From assembly GCA_041661665.1 (NCBI GenBank), contig JBAZTW010000006.1, forward strand, positions 3,711 to 67,710: 64,000 nt of DNA. The letters are read 5' to 3'. Of this stretch, positions 55,213 through 62,918 are shown piece by piece; the first letter of the stretch is position 1; each line of letters opens with the position of its first letter. This stretch comes from Phycisphaerae bacterium. Lineage in GTDB: Bacteria > Planctomycetota > Phycisphaerae > Sedimentisphaerales > UBA12454. Below the pieces are notes generated by a model. That model was not told where the DNA came from, did not search any database, and saw nothing but the letters and a program-made list of their open reading frames with translations. Made by a program: the position numbers and the translations under genes.

Positions 55213-57205
55213 GCAAATACGCCCTCAATAATTCGGCAACGCTCCAGGCTTGAGCGAAAGCTCCGCCGGGCTTGTGAGGCGAATCGCCATCGAAAACCTC
55301 ACTGACAGAACCGATGCATCCATCATTTCTGAAATGATTCAGCAGCGGCTCGATAATGCCTGCGCATCTTTTCTTGCTCTGCTTGCTGTTATTATTAACT
55401 TTTAGATATGCCTCGACAAATCCGCCAATCAGCCATGGCCAGACCGTTCCCTGATGATAGGCCGCGTCTCTTTGTTCGGCGTTGCCTATATATTGACCTT
55501 TATACCTGCTGTCCTTCGGCGTTAATGTCCGAAGACCAAACGGCGTTAAAAGTTCACGCTCAACACAATCAACGACCGCTTTTTGCTGAACATCAGTAAG
55601 CGGCGAAAACGGCAGCGATACCGCGAATATCTGGTTCGGCCTGATGCTCGAATCCTTGTATTCTTTAGTTACGCAATCGTATAAACATCCGCCCTCTTCG
55701 TTCCAGAAACAATTACGAAAACTTTCAGCTATTTTTTCAGCCATATCGCTGAAATGCTTTGCCGCGACTGCATCCTTATTATGATAAAATTCCGCTGCGT
55801 TGCATATCGCGTTATACCAAAGTGCGTTTATCTCAACCGCCTTGCCGTGCCGAGGCGTAATCGGCGTATTGCCGACTTTCGCGTCCATCCACGTCAATTG
55901 CGTATTAATATCTCCGCCGGTTATCAGGCCATCTTCATCAGCCTTTATATCGAATTTCACGCCATTCTGATAAGAATCAATCACCCACCGAACGACAGGC
56001 ATCAGCCTTGATGAAAAGGTTCTGGCGTCGCCGCTTGTTTTGTAATACGCAAAAGCCGCGTGTATAAACCACAGCGACGAGTCTATGCTGTTAAACTGTG
56101 CCCCGCTGTTATACTCGCCGAAGCAGTTCGGAATCATACCATCATCGGCATTATACGCGAAATTCAAAAGCACATTGGCGGCGTCATCAAATCTTCCGGT
56201 GCAAAGCAGCAATCCTTCCAGAGCGATAAATGCGTCTCTGCCCCAGTCCATAAACCACGGAAAACCGGCAAGAATGGATTTTGTCTTCGCCCTGTCAGCC
56301 TGCCGGTCTATTATAAATTCATCGCCGCTTATCGCAAGCGACTGAACAATCGGGTCTTTACTTTTTACACCGCCGAGAACCTGCCTTTGCTGAAGTTTTA
56401 TATCATCTATAATTACATCGACATCAAGGTCTGCCATTTTCTGCGCCATATCAGCGCCGCCGAATCCAGCCCACAAAACAATTCTCACCGGCCCGTTAAT
56501 CGTTCTCCTGAAAACGCCAGGCGAAAACAAATCCTCAATATAATCATAGCCCCTGGCCTTTTCCTGTCGATATGCGAAATTATTCCACCACTGCTGCTGC
56601 TCTACAAACGCCATTTCATCTGTCGCGAGAAAAAGCTGACCGTTACAGGATTTATTTTTGATTGTTAAAAACTCGTCGAGCCACTCAAGAGAAAAATCTC
56701 CTGACGCTCTTTTAATCGCGTGATAGTCCCTCATCGCAGCTAATGGCCGAACGGTAAAATCAAAACTTTCCTCTATATCATTAAAGTCGTAACAAATCGC
56801 GACAATATCGCTCTCGCCAAGCAGATAAATGCTCTTTGTCATATTAAACTGATTGGTCTGATACTCGAAATGAACGCCGATGTCTTTTCTAAAACTTATC
56901 GGCAGATGCTCGACCGGCTCGCCTGACGGCGGGGCAAATTCACAATGGCTTATATTATAACTGCCGCTATGCGTATGAATCGTCTCCACGCATCCGCTCA
57001 GCGCGACAATTCGCTGCGAAGGCGGCGTCAACGAACCGACCAAGAGAGAATGATACCGCCTTGTATTAACGCCGTTAAGCGTTCCGCTGGCAAAGCCCCC
57101 GCGCTTATTGGCCAGCAGCCATTCGGTCTCAATCATATTCTCATATTTTCCTGCCATATCCGCCTGGCGGTCTGTCCTGCTATGCTGTTCTGCTAATTGA
57201 ATCAA
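55199..57205 (-). CDS. Amylo-alpha-1,6-glucosidase / glycogen debranching enzyme (GDE family)
   Basis: 668 aa with an N-terminal GDE_N-like domain and a C-terminal (alpha/alpha)6 barrel pattern (GFPWFMDWGRDAFI, TWMDAK, YHQGTVWPWLIG). Confidence 0.85.
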   Translation of the reverse strand: MIQLAEQHSRTDRQADMAGKYENMIETEWLLANKRGGFASGTLNGVNTRRYHSLLVGSLTPPSQRIVALSGCVETIHTHSGSYNISHCEFAPPSGEPVEHLPISFRKDIGVHFEYQTNQFNMTKSIYLLGESDIVAICYDFNDIEESFDFTVRPLAAMRDYHAIKRASGDFSLEWLDEFLTIKNKSCNGQLFLATDEMAFVEQQQWWNNFAYRQEKARGYDYIEDLFSPGVFRRTINGPVRIVLWAGFGGADMAQKMADLDVDVIIDDIKLQQRQVLGGVKSKDPIVQSLAISGDEFIIDRQADRAKTKSILAGFPWFMDWGRDAFIALEGLLLCTGRFDDAANVLLNFAYNADDGMIPNCFGEYNSGAQFNSIDSSLWFIHAAFAYYKTSGDARTFSSRLMPVVRWVIDSYQNGVKFDIKADEDGLITGGDINTQLTWMDAKVGNTPITPRHGKAVEINALWYNAICNAAEFYHNKDAVAAKHFSDMAEKIAESFRNCFWNEEGGCLYDCVTKEYKDSSIRPNQIFAVSLPFSPLTDVQQKAVVDCVERELLTPFGLRTLTPKDSRYKGQYIGNAEQRDAAYHQGTVWPWLIGGFVEAYLKVNNNSKQSKKRCAGIIEPLLNHFRNDGCIGSVSEVFDGDSPHKPGGAFAQAWSVAELLRAYLLVNS

Positions 57206-57293
57206 TTGTGTGTTTCCTGCAAATAAAACTTACCGGCTATTATAACATCTGCCAACTGCTAAGAAAAATAAATTATTATTCGATTCCCCACCC

Positions 57294-57473
57294 CCGTCAT
57301 TGCGAGGAGGCCTATAGGCCGACGCGGCAATCTCTTTTCAAATTTGCAATTTCAAATTCGTATGGTTAGCCCCACACCAGCTTTTATTCATCTTTTCCAG
57401 GTGCGGCGCCATTAAAATCGCATCGCCGAAGGCGATTCCGCAAATCTTCATTCTTCATCTTTCAATCTTCAAT
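57294..57473. repeat. Full-length composite repeat: GTCATTGCGAGG module, ATTTCAAAT words, GTTAGCCCC hairpin, ATCGCC/GGCGAT-TCC hairpin, TCAATCT words
   Basis: cgtcattgcgaggaggcctataggccgacgcggcaatctc (57294-57334). ttttcaaatttgcaatttcaaatt. ggttagccccacacc...ggtgcggcgccattaaaat (57364-57418). atcgcc-gaa-ggcgat+tcc (57422-57439). gcaaatcttcattcttcatctttcaatcttcaat contains the TGA stop (57455-57457) and the last codons (KKLLKIER) of the GH57 gene. Confidence 0.75.
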
Positions 57474-58675
57474 AGTTTTTTACTGCTGACTGCTTCTTTC
57501 TTCTTGTATCTTGTTTCAAGGTTTCTCATTACATTCATAAAATTGATATAGGAATCATAAGGGGAATCGTATGGATTGAAATACTTATGTACATCGCCGT
57601 CGGCGAAATACTTAGTGCACATATAATAAAAATGGTCGCTGGTTTGGAGTTTCCGCCAGTCGCTCAGGAGCTTTCCATCTTTCGCCTGCTTGACATTAGA
57701 CTCCATTCGATAAAGCTCGTGCAGGGCATTGGACTGCATAGAATTGCCAAGCCAGGCTGACAAATCGCGTTCCGTATCCGCCCAGCTTATAAGTCCGGGC
57801 ACATCAACAACATCTGTGGCCGGATAAGCCGCTATAACTTCGCTCGGTGTTTTGAAATTATTATCGGGATTTTTCATAATCTCTCCGGGCAAATGGTGCA
57901 TAAAATCAAATATGCCCGTATCTTTCCATTGATGCTCCCCGAAGGTTTCATAATCCATAAACAGATTTACGACATAACCGTTGCCGTTGACTCTGCTGAC
58001 CCAGTCGCTGTATTTGCCCGCCATTAAAGGCCATTCATTCCAGCCACGATTGGAAAATCTAAACGCTATGTCATCGCTAAGAGCATAATTTTTCAGCAGC
58101 AGCTTAATTCTTTTATTCCGCGGCGAATTGTAAATAAAGTTCGGACTTCTGCCGCCGAGTATCCGGTCAGCGCCTTCGGTTATAACGCCGTCAAAAACGC
58201 CCATAGATTCTATCGCATCGGTAAGGTCGTTGCTGTAAATAAGTTCGGTATTCCTGAAAACTCTCGGCGTGTAGCCGAACATTTTTTGTATCGTGTCGCT
58301 GTGCTTTTGAATCTGTTCTTTGAATTCATTGCGGGAATAAAGGAAACTCAGACTGTGATAATACGTCTCAGCCAGAAATTCCACACAGCCGGTCTGCGCA
58401 AGAGCGTCAAATGTGCTTATCACTTCCGGCGCATATTCCGCCAACTGTTCTAACAGCACGCCGGTAATACTGTACGCAACCTTGAACCTGCCCTGATGTT
58501 TTTGTATCAAATCCAAAATCAGCCTGTTTGTCGGCAGATAGCACTTATTGGCGACCTTTCGACAGATTGACTTATTTTTAAATTCGTCAAAATACCGGTG
58601 GTCATGGTCGAAAACCGTATAGTGCCTCAGCCTGCAAGGCTGATGAACCTGAAAATAAAAACATACTGAAGGCAT
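57455..58675 (-). CDS. Glycoside hydrolase family 57 protein
   Basis: 406 aa with the N-terminal CFYFQVHQP.RL signature typical of GH57, plus the EHQW region. Confidence 0.85.
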   Translation of the reverse strand: MPSVCFYFQVHQPCRLRHYTVFDHDHRYFDEFKNKSICRKVANKCYLPTNRLILDLIQKHQGRFKVAYSITGVLLEQLAEYAPEVISTFDALAQTGCVEFLAETYYHSLSFLYSRNEFKEQIQKHSDTIQKMFGYTPRVFRNTELIYSNDLTDAIESMGVFDGVITEGADRILGGRSPNFIYNSPRNKRIKLLLKNYALSDDIAFRFSNRGWNEWPLMAGKYSDWVSRVNGNGYVVNLFMDYETFGEHQWKDTGIFDFMHHLPGEIMKNPDNNFKTPSEVIAAYPATDVVDVPGLISWADTERDLSAWLGNSMQSNALHELYRMESNVKQAKDGKLLSDWRKLQTSDHFYYMCTKYFADGDVHKYFNPYDSPYDSYINFMNVMRNLETRYKKKEAVSSKKLLKIER

Positions 58676-58736
58676 ATCTTCATCCTATCGGATTAAAATA
58701 AAATATCAAAAATTAAAAATCAAAACTGAAGAAGTC

Positions 58737-58798
58737 ATCGCAGTATCGCTGCGATTCCACAATTTTTATTTTTTATCTTTTATTTTTGATTTTTTTCA
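58737..58798. repeat. Composite repeat: ATCGCAG/CTGCGAT-TCC hairpin + CACAATTTT + T-rich words
   Basis: atcgcag-tatcg-ctgcgat tccacaatttttattttttatcttttatttttgattttttt, ending at the TGA stop (58796-58798) of the GT4 gene. Confidence 0.7.
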
Positions 58799-60115
58799 GA
58801 CGCAAGTCGGTTCACAAACAACCTGATTATACACCGCCAAGCACCTCTGTGCGGCATCTTCCCACTTGAGTTTTCTTACTTCAAAATTCCCATGCTCCCT
58901 GAGCGTCATTTGCAGGGGCGGATATTTCAGAACCGCGACAATTTTATTCGCTATCTCATTGACATCCCAGAAATCAGCCTTCAAAACGTGCGTCAAAACC
59001 TCCGACACGCCGCTCTGCCTGCTGATAAGCACGGGCACATCGTGATTCAATGCCTCAAGCGGAGCAATCCCAAACGGCTCGGAAACGCTCGGCATTACAT
59101 ACAAATCCGCCATTTCATAGACCCTGCGAACATCCTCGCCGCGTAAAAAGCCGGTGAACAAAACCTTGCTTCCGATGCCAAGCTCTGCGGCAAGCTCAAC
59201 GGTCTTTCGCATCATATCGCCTGACCCGGCCATAACGAATTTTACATCGTCCATTACCTCAAGTACCTTCTTGGCCGCGCCGAGAAAATACTCAGGCCCC
59301 TTCTGCATCGTAATTCGACCGAGAAACAGTACGATTTTCTCGTCTTTTCTGATGCCTATTTTGCCGAAATTCAGGCCATTGCCGTTTCTTTCAACGCCGT
59401 TATAGACAACCTCGACTTTATCGCCGGTGATGCCATATCGGCTTATAATTATATTCTTTGTCAGATAGCTTACTGCGATAATTTTATCTGCCGCGTGCAT
59501 CCCGGCACGCTCGATATCGTAAATCGTCTGATTAACGTGTTCGCCGCTCCTGTCAAACTCGGTCGAATGAACGTGGACAACCAATGGCTTACCTGTAACT
59601 GCCGCAACCGCCACACCAGCGGGATAGGTCATCCAGTCGTGAGCGTGAATAACATCAAAATCATCCTGCATCGCCAGCCTAACCGCGGCAGCAGCATATC
59701 GTTGAACCTCAGAATGCATATCGCCGCAATAATGACCTACCGCTTCTGCTTTTGCCTGTTCAGATGAACAGACAAAATTGCAGCGGTTTTGTTTTGCGCG
59801 AATCAGCTCCTCAATTTCGTGTTTAAAACTCTCTGCCGTCTCATAAGGCCGCAAAGGAGAATCAATCATTTTAATTTTGATATTCTTAAGATTCAGCGCG
59901 TATTCTTCCTCCCAGTTGAGTTTTTGATAGTTTATATCCGCAGGTGTCCTCATTTTCACATGCACGGAGTCCCCACATCCGCTTACAGGCCGGGGCAATA
60001 CAAAGGTTACCTCAAGCCCAAGCTTGCTCATCGCCTTTGTGAGCCCAAAGCAGGCGGTGCCTAACCCGCCGCTAATAAAGGGCGGGAATTCCCATCCAAG
60101 CATGAATATTTTCAC
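58796..60115 (-). CDS. Glycosyltransferase family 4 (glycogen-synthase-like)
   Basis: 439 aa. MKIFMLGWEFPPFISGGLGTA N-terminus, a GT-B fold and an E-x7-E region (PSVSEPFGIAPLEAL). Confidence 0.85.
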   Translation of the reverse strand: MKIFMLGWEFPPFISGGLGTACFGLTKAMSKLGLEVTFVLPRPVSGCGDSVHVKMRTPADINYQKLNWEEEYALNLKNIKIKMIDSPLRPYETAESFKHEIEELIRAKQNRCNFVCSSEQAKAEAVGHYCGDMHSEVQRYAAAAVRLAMQDDFDVIHAHDWMTYPAGVAVAAVTGKPLVVHVHSTEFDRSGEHVNQTIYDIERAGMHAADKIIAVSYLTKNIIISRYGITGDKVEVVYNGVERNGNGLNFGKIGIRKDEKIVLFLGRITMQKGPEYFLGAAKKVLEVMDDVKFVMAGSGDMMRKTVELAAELGIGSKVLFTGFLRGEDVRRVYEMADLYVMPSVSEPFGIAPLEALNHDVPVLISRQSGVSEVLTHVLKADFWDVNEIANKIVAVLKYPPLQMTLREHGNFEVRKLKWEDAAQRCLAVYNQVVCEPTCV

Positions 60116-60360
60116 GACCCCTCAGGTCTCCGGAAAAAAATTAAGGAAAAATAACGGTATTATACAGTGGTATAATCGGTATTTTGCCGCCTCAAAGTTT
60201 AAAAAATGTTCCTATAAAATCAAATTATCAGTATCGCCAGACAGGCTTTTATATGATTTATCGGACTTTAGAACAAAAAAACTGCGAAAAACAAACAAAG
60301 ACGACAAAAAAACTGCTAAATCACCCCATTTTGGAAAATTTTCGGTCTTTTTCGTAAATG

Positions 60361-60400
60361 AAAAAAGCCGGCATCCAAATATGGAATGTCGGCTTTTTTT
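60361..60400 (-). terminator. Terminator downstream of the histone-fold gene (symmetric A6/T7 flanks)
   Basis: aaaaaa-GCCGGCATCC-aaatat-GGAATGTCGGC-ttttttt, a roughly 10-bp stem with one bulge, 18 nt past the stop codon. Confidence 0.7.
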
Positions 60401-60417
60401 GAATCTGTAAAAATCTA

Positions 60418-60627
60418 TTACAGGTCCTGTGGCTTGAGAGTGCTTCTCTTGTTAGCCTTTGTTCTTTCGCAAGCAATGTCAAGAAGACAATACAGCTTAT
60501 CGCTGATTGCGCCCAAAGCGTCTGCAGATGTCATCATCTTTTTCGCTTTGACATAAGCTTTGATCTTGCTGGCGACTACCAATGAGTCTCTTGTCTTGCC
60601 CTTTGCTGCTGCTTTTTTCTTTGCCAT
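60418..60627 (-). CDS. Small histone-fold DNA-binding protein with an N-terminal Lys/Ala tail (bacterial histone candidate)
   Basis: 69 aa: MAKKKAAAKGKTRDSLVVASKIKAYVKAKKMMTSADALGAISDKLYCLLDIACERTKANKRSTLKPQDL. GGAGG lies 8 nt before ATG 60627, and the upstream ATG 60642 overlaps that SD. The helix-loop-helix-loop layout and the RSTLKPQDL end parallel archaeal HMf-type histones (GRKTIKAEDI, from memory). Confidence 0.65.
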   Translation of the reverse strand: MAKKKAAAKGKTRDSLVVASKIKAYVKAKKMMTSADALGAISDKLYCLLDIACERTKANKRSTLKPQDL

Positions 60628-60881
60628 GTTAAAAACCTCCATGCAAAATTAATAAAAAATCCTAAACTTTTATCGGCCTTTTTCCGACAAAGCCGACTTG
60701 TGAGGCCTATTCTGAACACTTATAAGACGTAATGCAACAAAAAAATTATGAAAAAATGTAAAATTTTTGCATTTATATGCCATTTGAACGAACTTTTGAG
60801 TTATTTCGACCTCATTTTCTGTCGAAAGTGCCAGAGGAAGCTGTTATAGCGACGAATTTAGCTTTGTACGGAGTTTGCAAA

Positions 60882-61211
60882 ATGAACGAACGAGACAATT
60901 CAAAATCCGCTTTACACGACTATGTAACCGTGGCAATCGCGGAAGATGTTGACCTTGCCGATGAGTACAGAGATTTGCTGGCAAAAAACAATATCCCGGC
61001 AGCGACGGCGCCGCAAAAAAGTTATTCATCCGGCATTATCGGAGTCGCGGTAATGGTGCCGGAGGCGTGCGTTGAACAGGCACAGGAAATTATCGAATCC
61101 TGTCAGGATTTTGACAATTTCCTCGACGACGCCTTCAACGACCCCGATGAATGGGATTATGGGCCGCAAATGGGCGATATGGAAGATGACGAGGATAACG
61201 GAAATTATTGA
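60882..61211 (+). CDS. Hypothetical protein: small alpha/beta (DUF2007-like) domain with a strongly acidic tail
   Basis: YVTVAIAEDVDLADEYRDLLAKNNIPA...VAVMVPEACVEQAQEIIE is followed by DDAFNDPDEWDYGPQMGDMEDDEDNGNY. ATG 60882 (GGAG 10 nt upstream) is preferred over the track start at 60777. Confidence 0.5.
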   Translation: MNERDNSKSALHDYVTVAIAEDVDLADEYRDLLAKNNIPAATAPQKSYSSGIIGVAVMVPEACVEQAQEIIESCQDFDNFLDDAFNDPDEWDYGPQMGDMEDDEDNGNY

Positions 61212-61243
61212 TATGTATAGATATAGATGAAGGCAATGAGGTA

Positions 61244-61633
61244 ATGAACGTGGATAAATTTGAATCACATAAAGATAACAGTTTTATGGCGGAAAGACAG
61301 CCGGCAGCCGAAAGACGCAGAAAAAACGGACGGGGCGACGTTGCTGACAGAAGGCAAGATAACGTTGTTGACCGAAGGCTCGGCCTTGACCGAAGACGCG
61401 GGCCAGGTAAAAGACGCTCCGATGACAGAAAGTCAGCGGAAGAAGGCCAGCTTACAGATGAGCAATTTAGTTTTCTGATGGCTGTCGATGAGTATAAGAA
61501 ATTGAATAACAGACCGTTCCCATCGTGGACGGAGATTTTAGATGTAATCAAGGCGCTGGGGTATCGAAAAGTAGCTGACCCTTCTTCCTTGGACGAATCT
61601 GATAAAAATGAGCCGGCAGAGGTAAAGGCATAA
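61244..61633 (+). CDS. Hypothetical protein: Arg-rich (D/E)RR repeats plus a conserved-looking C-terminal helical domain
   Basis: ERRRKNGRGDVADRRQDNVVDRRLGLDRRRGPGKRRSDDRK, then LTDEQFSFLMAVDEYKKLNNRPFPSWTEILDVIKALGYRK. The start is 61244, or TTG 61208 overlapping the upstream stop. Confidence 0.5.
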   Translation: MNVDKFESHKDNSFMAERQPAAERRRKNGRGDVADRRQDNVVDRRLGLDRRRGPGKRRSDDRKSAEEGQLTDEQFSFLMAVDEYKKLNNRPFPSWTEILDVIKALGYRKVADPSSLDESDKNEPAEVKA

Positions 61634-61649
61634 AAAACCTTTAAATCTA

Positions 61650-61677
61650 AGCCCCCGAATTTTCGGGGGCTTTTTTT
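61650..61677 (+). terminator. Rho-independent terminator
   Basis: AGCCCCCGA-auuu-UCGGGGGCU followed by U7. Confidence 0.85.
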
Positions 61678-61693
61678 ATGCGCGGATTACGAT

Positions 61694-62015
61694 TCACCGC
61701 CGAGACACAGAGTTTTTGGAATTTATTTTTCGATTCTCTTTGTCGGTTAGCCCTGCCATCACTATGGCAGGGTTCGTTTAGCCGTCGCCGATACGGCGAC
61801 GTGTCATTCCTGCGAAAGCAGGAATCCATTTATTTTAATTTAAAATCTGCGATTTCAAATGTTTTTCCCACTACAGAGGACACCGAGTTTTTTTAATAAA
61901 CCGCGTGGGCTAAGAGCCCACCCTACGAAACTTTTTAATCGCAATGAATAATGAATAATTGAGGAATCGCCGATGGCGATGAGATTTAATGAACCCGGCA
62001 AGGTGATGGTGAGGC
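61694..62015. repeat. Intergenic island tiled by at least eight repeat modules
   Basis: The modules, in order: CACAGAG family (61694-61712); GTTAGCCC hairpin (61745-61776); GTCGCCG hairpin (61777-61800); GTCATTCC module (61801-61827); ATTTCAAAT words; CACAGAG family (61868-61887); reverse TTTTGTAGGG hairpin (61898-61931); AATGAATA words; a reverse ATCGCC/GGCGAT hairpin (61963-61980). Confidence 0.7.
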
Positions 62016-62023
62016 TAAACACG

Positions 62024-62881
62024 TTAGGATTCTGTTCTATTTGCTCTGTCCATCAGAAGGATTGTTTTGGCGTAGAGTTCTGCGCTGAGTTTCTTTTTCA
62101 AACTCTTTTTGGCAGCGCCGATGCCAGTCCGCGAACTCAAATGCGTAACTATAATATGCTCGTTGTTCAGCTTTTCGAGCATCTCTGCAAACTCGTCAAT
62201 GTGCATATGGTCGCCTGCGGTGGCGCGGTCGATATGCTCATCGACAACAAACGTACATTCGGCAATCAATATCTTACTATTGACGATGAAATCGTATTTG
62301 GCGAAATTGTTGTAGCGGGTGTCGCCCAGATATGTTACCAGCGAAGTCTCGACAGGATAATCAATGTCAATACGCTTTCTCTTTAATTCGACAATCCCTG
62401 CGCTGTCTAAGCCGAGGTATTCTTCCTTCAGCTTTTTCTTTTTTTCAATTATTGAAAAGCCGAGCGAACCTCTGCAATGTTTGGTGGCGAAAGCCCTGAC
62501 GAATAAATTCGGCTTTATCTGAACTTCATCATCGGCGGCCATCGGAACAAACTCAGCGGGAATTTTCGTGCCATCAAGTCTGCCCCAGACATCTATAAGT
62601 TCACGCATTGTGATAACTAAATTTTCTGGAGCAAAGACTCGCCCCGGTTTTATGCCGCAGAATTTTCGGTGCGAAAGATAATATGCGATGCCCGCGGAGT
62701 GGTCCATATGGCCGTGAGTGAGCAGGACGTTGTTGACGCTGATGAGCTGGTCGGGAGCTTTGCCGATGTCGAAGCAGACGTCGAGCTGTGGTATGGCGAT
62801 AACGGTTTCCTCGCCGCCGACTGAATAGCCGATGATATCAAGGTCGTCTATTTTAATGGTTTGTAAATTATGACTGGCCAT
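62024..62881 (-). CDS. MBL-fold metallo-hydrolase (ribonuclease Z-like)
   Basis: 285 aa with HGHMDHSAG and downstream His/Asp ligands (HCRGSLGF, ECTF, D.H). Confidence 0.8.
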   Translation of the reverse strand: MASHNLQTIKIDDLDIIGYSVGGEETVIAIPQLDVCFDIGKAPDQLISVNNVLLTHGHMDHSAGIAYYLSHRKFCGIKPGRVFAPENLVITMRELIDVWGRLDGTKIPAEFVPMAADDEVQIKPNLFVRAFATKHCRGSLGFSIIEKKKKLKEEYLGLDSAGIVELKRKRIDIDYPVETSLVTYLGDTRYNNFAKYDFIVNSKILIAECTFVVDEHIDRATAGDHMHIDEFAEMLEKLNNEHIIVTHLSSRTGIGAAKKSLKKKLSAELYAKTILLMDRANRTES

Positions 62882-62918
62882 ATAAACAGTTTAAGGGGGA
62901 TTGGGGGGAATATCAATT

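Noticed and set aside
60024-60410. 128-aa + strand ORF across the GT4 gene start and the histone-gene terminator
   Set aside because: It overlaps the GT4 N-terminus in antisense and then runs through AT-rich intergenic DNA and a terminator hairpin. The product is Lys/Phe-rich low-complexity.
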